Under the pieces are notes generated by a model. The model made no database searches. It was not told the origin of the DNA and saw only the letters and a program-made list of their open reading frames with translations. Of a stretch of DNA of 64,000 nucleotides, positions 1-14,300 are shown piece after piece. This DNA comes from Iphione sp. A-MEVVRFRX5 (Eukaryota). The DNA is taken from contig OZ320314.1 of assembly GCA_976226885.1 (NCBI GenBank), forward strand, positions 35,836,001 through 35,900,000, read 5' to 3'. Both the position numbers and the translations under genes were made by a program. How positions within the stretch are numbered: the first letter of the stretch is position 1; each line of letters starts with the position of its first letter.

Positions 1-2334
1 TCCTCATTAAAAAGGTCCGATAGATGTAAAAGGCTACATATAGAAAGGTCAACCATATAACAAAATGTTTGTCACGTTACCAAGTAATGAAGCGAGTATA
101 ATTTGAGGATAATTTATGCAACGCTCTTTGGGGACGGGGCGAATCGATAGTCTATCGATTCTTGGTGGCCGTGTTTAAAGCGGCGAGTCAATACCTTGGC
201 AGGAACCGGGTGCTGAATTTGATAATTATCGCTCGGTCAGCCCGACGGGGTCTGTGGGCGTCAAGAGAGCTGCTAACAGAAGTTCAGGAGCAATGCCCAT
301 GTGAAAGGTCTGAGGCAACGGGGCAAGGAGACCATGCCCGAGACAATACTGGGAAATCGAATGATAATTTGGCGGCAACGAGTCGTGCGTTTCCCAGGCT
401 AATCCTATCAGGTCAAGCACTGTTACCTCTCTGTGATCCACTCCTCGCGACCCGCATGAGAGAGAAGGGGGGGGGCGAGGCATTGAAGTTTACTACGTCG
501 CAGGGCCACGTTTCATGAGGTCGCAACCGTCGCATCGCGCAACTGGGACGTAGAGCAGCCATGCGTCATCGTGACAAGCACTCGGCGAGGTTGTGCCCCG
601 TCAGGATCATCCTCCATGGACTGAGGAAGGGGCTGCAGGAGTCGCATCGCTGCTCTCCCCCTTGCCACGTCTGGCGGCGAACGCTGCGCTCGGTGAGCTG
701 CAATTAAAGCAGCACATGGCGTTGGTCTAAAACATTATCGACCGGCCGGCTTTTGTCGCACGATTCTGCGCGCAAACACTTATTAATAATCCAATAGTCA
801 TCAGCTGCGCCGTCGTAAACACAAGAGGACAGTGGCCACGAGGGGGCGGGGCAGCGCGGGGGTCAGCGACGCCTAGCGGGAAAGCTGGGGATTAATCCGG
901 CGGGCGACCGTAAGGGGCCGCTGTCGGGGAGTCGGTTTGGGGCGGAGCGGCGAAGCAGAACGACGCTGTCACTCATCTGTAGAGCTAGTGTCAACATCTC
1001 ACACGGTGACATCATTCACACGCCCCTGAGACCCAGGTAGCGGGATCGTCGGGGCCAAAGGGGAAAAACGACGACATAACCGCAAGAACGGAGCTCGCTA
1101 GCAGGGGCGGCAATGGTTGCCAGTACGAGTATAGTCGACCACCATGTGTAAAAACAAAGCCGGGCGCCTCTGGATGCATGCATGGTTGGAGTTATCCCGT
1201 TAATATAATGGTATGGAAACTGTAACCAACATTTAAGATAGGTGAGCAACGCGTATGGTGGGGGTGACCTGCTGATTCATCAGTCGGAGAAGTGGGTATA
1301 CGCCAGGATACACAGCGCCTCACGTTTCGGTTCCCTGCACACAGGCATACACCACTTAAAAAGTAAACTATATTTGTCTCTTAAAGGAAAAACCGTTCTG
1401 TTTGAATTTCACGCCCTGTTAAATCCATATAACAGAGTATTCGATGAAACACCGATTGGAGGGGAATACACCTTTCATGGAAGGTGATATTCATAACAGA
1501 CAAAGGACGCTCAATTTTGCAATGTCGGCCTTTGATGTTCCTGTCCGCCTGAGAAAACCAATGATTGCCATTACCTTCCACGCCGCTTTCATACAGTGAA
1601 AAATTGAAAATACTACATAGCCTTCTTACTTTTGTATTCAGGTCGCCCTAAGTGGGATAGCACCCAAACATCAGTGGAAGATATTGTAACGATCTGGACT
1701 ACACCGGGATCCTTTTAACGAGGTAAGAACTTTGCTATTTGTCCGTCTTTACTTTCGGAAACAAATGAAACGGCAGCCACACTGTTGTTCCCAATTTTTC
1801 CCCTTTGTGTGCAGTGCCTGGTTCCTTGTTGTGCCTTTTAAAAAAAAGGTCCGTACAAAATCGTGATGTATATGAGAAGATAGATCCGTGACAGCGGTCT
1901 GAGAGACGTCGACATGATCCTTGGCCATATACACGTACATGTACATGGGAAAGGCTAAGTGCGCTGCTTAAAAAGTGTTTCACTCGTGAGTAGAAATTAA
2001 AGACGTTTTTTGTTCATATCCTCTGCCATACGATTATAAAGGTTCATGCGCCATGGGAAGTAACAAAAAATAAGAAAACGATAAGAAAAAAGGGTCTTGG
2101 CTACCTGGGCTTTTGACATCAGTCAGGGACCATGCGGCTGGTCGACTGCCCTGGGCGGTAGTCTGCGTGACGGCTCCATTTCATTTAGCTGTGTCAAATA
2201 ATGAAGGCATTTGTTGTGACTGGCGGCTGTATCCACCAAGGAGAGGCTCCGGACCGTGCAGAGTGGGCCGAGTCACCGCTACAGTCAGCTGGCCCGGCGC
2301 CCCCTTCCTCAGACGACCCACACATGGGCAGACC

Positions 2335-2370
2335 CACCGACCTACACACACGCACACACCAACACACACA
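2335..2370. repeat. Imperfect (CA)n microsatellite
   Basis: ...ctacacacacgcacacaccaacacacaca... Confidence 0.7.
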
Positions 2371-5300
2371 TATCGCCAGCGACTGACGCACGGGGCAGAT
2401 GGTAGACTTTCCATTACATATCGCCTAGCAAGAGCGACAAAAACAAAGGCCCTCGAGGACCCTCGAGAGAGGAGGACCTTGCCACGGTCAACATTTCATT
2501 TCTCCTTGCTTTCTGGAGCGGCTTTGAAGTCCTCCACGAGGAATTGACATCTGAAAGGTTGCTATGACAGCGAGGAGATCGCTTGGAACCGAGGATCGTC
2601 CCTCCGAGTTGTTTTTAGCCACATGTCTGACTGGCTCAGTGGAAACATTGCCTCTCTGACACACGCTTATTACCAGGGATATCTGAAACTACCCTAGTAG
2701 GATATACCAGCGGCGCATTGAAAGGGCTAGGCAGAATGTACATTTCCCGTGGTAAGTGAATCTTTGTTTTTAGAAAAGCGCGATGTAGGATTCTAGAACG
2801 ACATTAGTGGCGCCAACAGCGTTCACAATGTGCAGTCGCTAGGTTCAGTTCTGGCCAATGTCTCTTTTCGACGCCTGTACAGCACACGAATACACCACAA
2901 CGCGGATGTGTTTGTAACCTAATTATCACGCAACCCTCTGTGCATTGATGATCAGGGACAAGAGAGTAAAACACAATTCTAGACGAACGTTTTCTCCACA
3001 ATCTGCCAACGACGCTGACAGGTCTTGCGTTTTGTCAGTTCATAAAGCCAGGTGAGGCAGTCAAACGCAATGGTGATAAACGTCTGTGCCACTGCCCCAC
3101 ACTTGGAAACGCTTGCGGCGCAAGGGCGCTCACGTTAACACAAAGCAGCTACCAACTAACATAATTATCCCCCTTACATTGCATAAGTGACATGATCGCT
3201 CCCCCGTATTATTCAGTGGCGTGATCGAATTGCGCTGTTTATTCGCCAAGCTCTTGATCAGTGCCTATGCAGGCGCGAGAGACGCCTAGTCGTGTCATCC
3301 GACAGCGCTGGGCATATGGCAACAGGGTGACATAATCCACCGACGGATGCTGCCGCGACCAGCCACTGCTGTATTGTATGTCAGTGATGTAACCGATCCA
3401 TTATACAATACAACAATAAATATGGATATACTGTCGCCTTCACCATCGGTGGTGGTCTTGGACGAGGGGTCGGGGCAAAACACATCCCAGCAGGTCCCAG
3501 GGGAGGTCCCCCATAGGGTTCAGTGACAAGGAGTCCAAGCAAGCCCAGAGGGCATCACACACGATGGCTTGATCCAGAAGAGTGTAACATAAACCCAGAT
3601 AACCGGTAAATCCGCACGTCAAATACTGTCAACCTTGCTCGGTCACTGACTCACGTCTTGCAAACACCATGCGCGTGTAAGCGATCGCCGTCCTCAGGGA
3701 CTGGAATCCCGGAGCGGCCAAGGTCATTTGAAGGTCACACTCGTTGCAAGCCTCGGTCGATTTAGCTGGTGTCTTCCTTCGGTGGGCCTGGTGTGGCCGG
3801 ATCCTTGGGGAAGGATCGGATGTGGCTGGGAGTAAAAATCTGGTGAAGTAATGTGTATTTACCTTTGTGTCACACAAACCTGAGGATAGAAAAAAAGAAC
3901 CTTTTCATCCGTTGACCTTAACGGACTAGGGCTCTCCTCGTTACTCTATCATCCTGAGGGGTATACGCTTGTATAAATGCTAATTAATAATGATGAAGAT
4001 GCGCCATCATCATCGTGTCTTCCGGAACAGATGCCATGAGAAATCTAATTTGGTGTCCATTCTTGTTAGTAGTGTGACGTAGGGAACATCTATGTTAAGG
4101 GATGGTGTGCGTCATTGTAAGCTACTTCGGGTATTATTTGGTGAAGGGAATGTACAATCCGACGGCTTTTAGCTCGTAACGTAGAGCAATTTTGAAACCA
4201 TCGTTTCCTTCATTGTCTGGCGATATTTTCAACCAAGTTGCAGAGAAATGACAAAAGAGGAGATGATTAAAGAATCAATACAATCCAAAGATTCAGCAGA
4301 CGCCCGCCGGCATTCCACGGCTTTAAATGAAAAGAGACGTTTGCAGTCGAACTTGTATTGAAAAGACCGGTCCTCTAAAATCAGGTTTCCAAACACGATG
4401 GTTTATTAGTTTCACCCAAGGCGGTGAAATATCTCTCTTTCTGGCTGCTTCGATCTTTCCCCAATCTAGTAACATGGAGGGTTGTAAAGGGGCGAGTGAG
4501 CGCTGTGGCTCCCATTGTATAATTCACCATGTGTGACAGCATGTAACGCTGCCGTCACGCAATGCTGTTTTCATGATCCCACCCTAGGCGTGCCGGGTCC
4601 ACCTTTAATGAGCTGTATACTGCTTGATGAGTAGGACGTGATCACACGTAGGATTTATAGCACGATACTGCCCAATCATAGTTTATCTAGAGACAATATA
4701 ATGATGATATGTCTTATATTCACATGTAATCCCAAGTTTGGTACATCCTATAGTAGTATAGCCAACTTTTTATGTCACTCATCAGCATTAGATTGTCTTA
4801 CACTCGTTTATCATATCTTTCTACGTGGAGAGATGGATTGGGATTGGTTAGGAGAAATGGAGAAGTGTTAAATAACTACTTTCACTTTACCTCGTAGGCG
4901 TACCAAAAGGTGTTACGTGTATAGCTGAGTCAAAGAGGATGAACAACCATGATGAACAAGCACATATCAATATAGACGTTTGGGATTAGAAGGAAACCAA
5001 GCTCACAATCAGTCACTGAAGCCCAGAGGAGGGCGTCCTGGTCCCCTTTTACTTTCACCCTTGGGCATGATCAGGAGCACAAACTAGAGGAGGAAATTAA
5101 ATAAATCACGCTGAAAGGCGGCTGCGGATACAAAATTGATTGCTATCGGATTGACCCTTGAGATGCAGACTTAGGCAGAGTTTTGTCAGAACAGTCCTGT
5201 TAGGGGACATATAAAGGGGACACCAGTAAAGCTGCTGGATTAGAAGATGCCCAACAAAATAGGTGTCCCTCGCCCAGTATGAAAGAAGAGTGTGGAAAGT

Positions 5301-8300
5301 GGTGCAAGTGGTTCCCCTGAAACCACCGTGTAGAGCCTGCAGTTGTTACGGGCTCTACTTCCTCCCAGGGTGGGCTTTCATGTATTCACTGGGTGGGAAG
5401 TGTTTGAGCCGTTGGCCTCCAAGCTGGATCTCATCCTGGGTGGCAGTGATAACTGAAAACAATGTCGATGATCGGCAGATGTGGCCCCGCAGCCGAACCA
5501 GCGCTTAACAAGAACCATTCGGTGGCGACAACTGTGTAAGGAAGGCGCCGGTGAGTTACAGTTTGATGTGTGTGATGTGTGTCTGTTGGGGGTGGTGGTC
5601 TACGATGGAGGGGGGGGGGGTTGAGGTGGATGACCCGTCGCTGGCCGAGTACCTCACAGCATGGGGGGCTTCTTCGGACTAGAGTCAATCCACACGGCGT
5701 CGACGGCGACCGCTCGCTTGCACGTGTTCTCACCCTTGTACATCTGCCTTCAGCGGCGCCCATCTCTCGAGCTCACCGCCACCTCTCAGATAATATTGAC
5801 AAGGTGGTAGCAGAACGTCGGATTCGGCTCGGGGCGGCTTCTGGTTGCTGAACGTGCTAAACCGTGTCCACTCGGGCGGGCGCGCTCTTGAAGGAAACCC
5901 TCATCGAAGGCAGTCATGTTCGAAAGAGCTTGCCAAGTCTCACAGATGAGCCAGTTTCTTCCAGTCTTCTACGAGACGAATGAGGGCATTGTCATCGTAC
6001 ACCATATGGTTCAGGTGTGTGCCACGTTTTCTTTAGTGTGCACACGTTGCTGCTCTATTCAGGGAAACAAGGACAGAAATATCAATATAGCACGCGCTAT
6101 TTTCAGTTATGAGATTTTTATTCATTTTCTATGTGTACCTGACCCAACGGTGTGGTGTGGCGGTGGGTTCTAGACGTTTAGTTTGGCTGATGACGTGATT
6201 ACATTATTTCCTAAATGTATTGTTTGGTGCCTCACAATGGTGAGCCTCCCACTATATGAATTTACTTATGGATGTAACGTGTGTTTGCTGTGCATGGCCA
6301 TGGATGGCGGAAGAACTAGTTTGGGGCTGGGCTCGTTTCCCACCAGCAGCCCACCACATGTATAGACAACAGACAATAGCGCGTCTTGCAAGAACACTAT
6401 ATCAAACAACTCGGGCATTTATTTTTCTTAGTTCGCCCTCGCACTGCCGATCTCCCCCCTTGAGAACAAAGGATGTGACGACCAGTTTTGGAAGGGAGGG
6501 CCGCAGGTTTGTATATTGGCATAAAGCCCGGCCGCCCTGCTTGCGGTTGCTTTCATAGTGTAACCGTGCATGGAACATGAAGCAAACTTCTTTTGTGAGG
6601 CTGCTTCCTTCTGGCTGTAGATACGCAGTTATAGTTGTTGCCTGTATAGTCTATGGCAAAACTGCAATTTTTTTTTTGGTGGTGACGAGGGAAGGAGGGT
6701 TACGAGCGAAGTCGGAATCAGTTGGGAGCTTGGTGCTTCCCCTACTAATTTTCTGTCATGTAAATTATACTGTAATCACTTAACAATTGTGTGCAGAGTT
6801 TTGTCAGGTATTAAACTTTCCGGCTATTATCGTGTGGCGCCCATCCGACGTAACCTCTTGTCAGATTTATACCTTATCTTTTCTTTTCCAAGCCCAGATT
6901 CATCTTTACGGCCGGGTTCACTTAATAGCTTCCTGGCCTCAAGCTAAGACCAATTATGAGTAGAAACACTCAAAGCAACGCCTGAGGTCCTGCACCTATT
7001 GTAGCAACCAAGGTTACAAGTTTCCTGTGTTCAACGTGTATGTATGTCAGGAAATAGGTGTTGGAAGACGTTTTCAATATGTAATTTCCCCAGGAGATTT
7101 TTTTTTAAATATAATCACCAGAAACCGCTCAGGAGGTGGTTTCTAACTCGCCAGGAATCCCCACATGGATTCCCCATGGCATATGGAAATAATATTGGCA
7201 TGTGGATGGTGTTTTTTCCTGGAAAGCAACTGTCGAATGGACAGTGCTTTCTGTTGACTGGAAACTTCAAAGGTCTTTGTGTAGACGTAGTTTAGTTCGG
7301 GTGTCGGTCACCAGGGGGCATGAGGGAGTCTGGCTAAGTTGCTTCAGGGAAGATGAAGAGTCTGAGAAGCGAACAGTAAGCGTCATTCACGCAACCATAC
7401 CATTTCTTAGTGTTATAATCCATGCTGGAACGGAGTGCATCACGACATAGTGAACTAAATGTCTGTTCTCATTCACAATGACTTCAGATTAAAATCGATC
7501 CGACGTTTATCGAGATGACACCTCATGATTGCCTATTGTACAAGATGCATTAAGTCATCAGTGATAATTACTGATTTAGTATTTCACATCGTCACTTTTT
7601 TTCTTTTACCTAAGTAGTTTAAACACGTTTATGAGGAGAGACACATCACTCAATCTGGCAGCTCATGCTACCTTTGAGCGCCATTCATTTATAGTACTTT
7701 TTTCCCCTCAAAACTGTTAGAGGGCGTGAAAAGTTCGCCAGTCCACGATCGGTGCAATGTGTCTAGGCAACACCTTATTGGCAAAGCACTTGATTTATTA
7801 CGAGATAATCGAGTAATTAATTAAGCGGGAGCAGCCCAAAGTTAATTAAAGAACAATGTTGTTTAATATCCACGGCGACATGCGAGCGAGCGGTTCGGGA
7901 ACGGAGGCCAAGCAGACAAGGAGCTAGCGCGGCAGGTATGAAGAAATAGTCGGCGATGGCGTGCAGTCGGGAGCAGCAGCAGGCCGTGCTTCCCACGCTA
8001 CCTACACCACTACCCCAGCCAACCCACCGTGCTGAGGGTCTCCTCTCCACCCCCACCCCCGCCGTCTTCTCCTTCCTCCAACCCCCCCCCCCGCCGATCT
8101 CCACGAGTCTCCATAATAACAGGCAATGGCTCATGGTATACCCCCATGTTGATATCAGACGAAGGTGGACCAGTTTCATGGTCTGTAGATTTAGTCTTGG
8201 TTTTCGGGGCATTGATCGACCGGGTCCGCAATTCGTTTATCGTGACAAAACCTCTTCCTCTTAAATATCACCCTTAATGGGTTTGAATCTATACTTGAGC

Positions 8301-11300
8301 AGCTTTCAGTGGGGGGTCTATTGTACTCATAGTATGCACTTAGATGGCAAGAGTTGTGGCGTTACAGTATATTGAAAATCTCGAGCCGGCTGAAAGTGGG
8401 ACCATAACAATTTGACCATCGACTGGCTGTTATAGTATTTATAGGTCCGTTCAATTTTGCATGACTCCCACATCCATGTATGGAGAAAATCCTCAGGCTA
8501 CATTGCTGACGACCACTGCACACACGAGACTAGCATGCTGTGATAAGCCAACCTTTCTGCTTACCCACATTATGTTAATGGATCCTTTTTCCTGTCCGAT
8601 CAACGTTTCCCCCCTCCAGAACACCAAGTAATTTTTCCATCATCAGAGCAGTCCCAAGAATTAGTGATTCATTTGCGTGCTCTCTTCATTGTGGCTGGCC
8701 GTCAACTCTGTGTAATCTATGGAGAGTTACCTAATTCTTTTTACCTCTTTGTATTAGCCGTACAAAACACGGTGGTTTTCTAGGGCGAAAGCTTCGGTAG
8801 AGATGTTGCTGTTATCATAGAAAAGCAACCGACGGTCTTGTTTCTTTATTCGTCTCACGACCTATCCCCAAGTCGTGTACACCTTTCATTCATCCTGCCA
8901 CACCCCTACCCGAAGCACCTTGCCAGTACCATTACTTTTAGCCATTAATCTCAAAATGTCGCCTCCTGAAAATTTAACGTTAAGTATGGCCAGATCAGGT
9001 GTGACTTAAGATGGATCATGGCCAATCCTGGTTGGTAGGGATAAAGTTGTCAAATGTAATCTATTACCCCTTTAGGTGGGATACCACCCACTACGCAGTT
9101 CTTCCCTGGCTAACAAAGGAAAACACTCGCCCCTCAGACTGCAGTTTTCTGAACTGCAACCCTGCACAGCTCCACATTATAGATATACACATGCCCTGGT
9201 GCACACCACATACGTACATGTAAATGCATACGATCAAACTGATATTGACACCTATCGAATGCCCGACTAGATGTGTAAGCTCTTCCTGTGGTGGCTCTTC
9301 TTTGTAAAGCCTCGACCACATTTAACTGAACAACTCCACTGTAATCAAGATACACATATATAATGAAGCCTAGGCGCCTGAAAGAAGACGGGGCCAGGAG
9401 GTCGCTGTGTTTACCCGCACCGCCCAAGGGGTAACTTCACTCCGCCCCTCTCGCTATTTCCCCTCCAGCATGCCCCGATTCTCGCTCAGCTTGGATCAAA
9501 AGGTTAAATACCTATGCGGAAGATCTTAATTGCGGAGGAGGAGGGCAATTTAAATCAGGCGACCGAAAATGCCAACGCAGCAAGAACTGTACACAAAGGC
9601 AATAAATGATTGCGATTGATACCACACCTATATGTTAAGGGCGCAGCCCCACTTGAATTATGTATATTGTATTTGTAAACGTTGAATGGGGACCGCAAGA
9701 TGCAATGGAGACGTCTCGATTCAAAACGAACCTGACTGGGCGGCTCCTTTGAACCCTAGTTTAGGTCAGGTGTGCAGGTGTCCACCCCATTCAAACCTCG
9801 CGCCAGCCTCGCCTTTACGTCCTATCTGAAGGGTCAGTTTATTGGAACGTTATCTATGCACTTGAGGCAGACACCAGACAGGTGATTGTGCCATTAAGCG
9901 GCTAATGATACAGCCTCGAACAGGAGGGTAAGTAGAGGGTGAACATCACCAAGATTGACAGGTTAATAGTAGGCCTTTCGGTACACTGGCAGCTGCGTAC
10001 CGTTTTCGCCTTTTTATAAGCCGCTACTCTGTACAAGCGCCGGGAAGTGGGTACACATTGCCAGCCGTACTGAAGGATAAATCAGTACACGGTCGGGTCA
10101 GAGATCTTATAGGGAGACAGCATGACCCTTCCGCAATTCTTGAAGCGCCTGTAGTATCCGCAAAATGAGGCGCTCTTCTCCGCCAAGAAAAGGGGGTGCA
10201 TTGACGCGAGGCACTGAGGCAAGGAGGCTGCCGGGGTGGTTCAGATGTTTTGCTAGCGTTCTCTAGTTGTTGGCTCATCCCACTGGCAGTCACCATGCCG
10301 GATACGTTCCCTGACCTTTCCCCTTGCCACCAAGGTCAAGCCCCTGTGGCATGTGGCGTTAGCAGAAAACTGTTATGTTCTAACGAGACTGTGTCTCACC
10401 ATGTCAGACCCTGGCCCTGGCCACAGGGGTCGGCAAAACACGACAGAATGTAACCGTGCCAATAGGTTGTTACCGTGTACTGCACTAGAAACAATGATTT
10501 TCGGTTCTCACCGTGCAAGTCAATTAAAATTCACAGCAGGCGGCCGAGCATAAACTGTGCCACTTCTTAAGGCAGAGATACAAGGTTAGCGTTTCAGGAG
10601 TATAGTGTTGCAAACTTTGCGGCAGATCGATGGATGCTGCCTCTATTGTAGTCACCAGTGAAGGGCGCGAAAAAAAGTTTAATCCCTGGAACAGCGCCAA
10701 TAATGTGTAAACTGTCAAATAGTCACTTCCTCTTGTCAAGGTATCTCGGAGGAGCTGCACGTGTTTTACACACATCATACGGACAGTAACGGTAGAGTGT
10801 CCAAATACTGCATTCCGACGTTCTTTTGTTGTCACTCACCGTCTTCAACCGATACTGAGTGACTACAAACGGGCTTGTTGACCTAGCGAGGATCGAGGCA
10901 AAAGGGGGCTGTTTGCACTTGCTGACACCCTCCTAGGTTTGTATTGCGAGACGGCTGATATACAGGAGCCCTGGTGTATAAGAGTTTGTGAATATTCACT
11001 CTAATCGTCACTAGATTTGCAAACCTAGACCATCAGCTACACGTCTATCGGGCGTGATTCCAAAGGGGAGTTTACCGAGATAAACATGATTGATGGAATC
11101 ATAAACGTATCTTTGCTGAGAGGTTTCTTGCTGTCTGAAGTTTTTTTAAAAATATATATCACCCTTAACTTCCTGCCATTCTTTTTACCTGTATAAAGAG
11201 ACAGTGTCGGGATAACGGGTTGTAGCACTACACCGACAACTAGGCAAAGCTAATTGATTTAGGCCTGAGGGCAAACTAGCAGTCCCCATTTGGCTTCATT

Positions 11301-14300
11301 GGTTTACGGTCTCTTTGCCTTCCAATCACCGTAACAACGAATTAATAGCGATTACGTCTTCGTGGCGATGCATGCAGTTGGTCTTGATCTTTGATGGATG
11401 AGCCTTTACTGGAATGAAATGGCAAGGGAAAAGAATTCAGCTGTATTTCAAGGGATGTCTGGTTGAAATCTTAGGAAAATCAACGAATGAATGATGTGAT
11501 TGATTTTTCTTAACCACGCCTATCCTGTCTTGTTAGGGTTAAGGATTTTCCTTGCATAGCACAGTGCTAGGTCAGTGTGGAAACCTTCGAACCAGATACT
11601 GCCATTAAAGCACTTGGCAAATGATTAGCACTTGGCAGATACTGCAAAGCTGGCATCGAGTTAATACTGTCGTGACTAACGTCCGAGTAGGCTACTGCCA
11701 AATCAAGGAGAACGCCATTCTGTTAAGAAGATGGTTGCGGCTCCAACAAGACGCCCAAAGAGGAGACACTCAGTCCCAGTGTCCTTGTGCACCTTCGCCA
11801 TTCAAAGCAACTCTTTTGGTGAGGCAATGCAGGAGAACCCTATTCAGATATTTGCGTGCAGGCCTTATCATGCAATGATTCTTGAGAACAGAGAAAAATA
11901 CATTCGAATTCACGACTGCTTAGGTATCTGTTACATTTACATTTACATGCGTTGTAGAAATGGATTCACGTAGTTTATATGTTAGCATATTCTCATTTTA
12001 ATGACGGTATTTGATTTCCATGAAACGATTGGCATTAAAGCTAGTTAACAATGCAGATGTGGCCTGAAGTTAATTCCTAGTGAATATCTGGCCAAAACCA
12101 TGGTTATTCATACTCTAAGCTTATGGCTCTCACAATGAAAAAAAAAATCCCACACCCAAGTATTACCATCCGATACATAAAACAGGAACACTTCAGTAGC
12201 GGAATGTCTCTGATAACAAAGTTCCCCACAGCAAACTAAAACCAAGAAACACATCTACTTCGTAAATAAAGGTGTGCACAACTATATTTGCGTACAGGTC
12301 TATATGTATTCATACATTTCTTAAACGTGATCTAACTTGATAACCAATTCATGTATAGCCAAAGTCATGCAATGCAGTGCACGATAGTCTGCTACATCAA
12401 ATAGTTTGTAATGTGAGTTATAATAAGTGTAGAACATATGATAAATATAAAACATACATGTTCATGTCGAGCAGACTCCCTTTAAGACCAGCCTTTCATA
12501 GGACTATGGACCTCTATCACGAACATGTGTCGAAAGATCAAAATAAAGTTTTTTTATACATGTATTACTGACCCTTCCAAAAAGGTCATCTTTCAGAAAG
12601 GACCATCTTTCGAAGGAGCCAAGTGTAGTTGTTATAAAAGAAGTCAACCTTTCCTGCACAGTCACCCCTAATACCTAATATTATCTGTCGAACAGATTTT
12701 AGCGAGTGGAACGCAGTATCCATGTTTATTCTATCAAGATATTTGATTACCTTGGACTAAAGCATACCTCATGAGAAAGGCTGCACTAGTTATCGGTTTA
12801 TGGTTGTTTAACGTGAAAACGATTGGTTACATATAGACGGTCAAGTATTGCTATAAAATCTTCCTTAAAAATGGACCATTTTAAAATCGATTTTGTGTCG
12901 CTGGAAACGTGTCGTTTTGAAGGAAGTAAAAACGGCCATTGTATTTGCCTTGATCGTTTTGCGGGGCAGAAAAACTCACACTTCCGGTACGGTGTAAATA
13001 CAACTTTTTGGAAGGATCGTGATTTATTTTATCTTTCAGTGCCAGCTTTCTGTGCCTGATGTCGGTCGTATATACTCAAACTGATGATGGTCTTTAGTGA
13101 CATGAGTACTTTCTCACAATTGTTGGTTGGTACACTTATAAATAGATGCGCTGTCATAGAAACACCCGATTGTATTCTTCAAAAACCAGTAAGGCAATAC
13201 AAAATACATTCATATAAGTGAGTAACGTGAGTTTTTATTTGAGGAAAATACATTTAAATGTGCTTTCTTACAATTTATCCCATTCTTTACAGTAGTATTT
13301 CACCTCTTGATACATTATATTGAGATTCTGAATCTTTAAAACATGATGATGTGTGATATGTCCTCGTCCATGATTAATACTAGTACTCGCATTTCAAAAT
13401 ATTCTACGCACCACGAAACTATTCTATGGACTTGGTGCATTATGCGTATATTTTGGAAAACATACATTTTGATTTCTTGGTTCTTATAAAGAACGAGATG
13501 CTGTTACATTTCTCAAACAAATGCTATTTCTAATAAGAATCTTTAAAATACAGATGAGCAGAGGGTTTCAGAATGTTAAAGCATATAGTTTGTCCGGGCA
13601 AGTCAATTTTGTTTTTCCTCCAGAGAAGACCTATAGACGCCCAGTCTCCCGACCCGCCAGCCTCTTTGAACATTAATAGGGAAAGGCAGAGAGTCGTCTC
13701 TAATGGCATCCAAAGATTAACTAGAAATGACTGTTCTTCCCTCATTTCGTCTCTTTTCCTCCTATCATATTTACAGGAGAAACGGCTTCGGAGATTGTAT
13801 TTAACTTAGACCGAGCAACATTGGCATGAGATAACGCAGCGCAGGTGAAAATAGTTTTTTTAGAATGTATTTAATGGCCTTCTCGAATTACAGCTATGTG
13901 AATCCCTCATTCTTCTAGCAGGTGTTACTTGCGTAAGCCGTCCACTTCGCAAACAATCGAGGAACTAGTTGCGATATTCACCATAGGACGAGTTCTGTTA
14001 GCAGCGAATTACATTTTTTTATGTGCGTATGGATATGAGATTGAAACCTTAGCAATTGCTTACTAATTTGCTACCTTTAAAGTCATTAGAGCAAGACCTT
14101 ATTTTCTTCGGATGCAGCCAGAGAACATTTTGCCTTAAAAGAATTTTATATCATTGAACGTCATAATTCAGTCGGACAATTTAGCTTTCTCTCTCATAAC
14201 GGTTCCCATGATCAACAGCACCAAATGTCATATATCTCGTCTTAGGAGCACACACACACCTAGGCTGCATAGGTGTTTACTATAAACCTTAGTGATAATT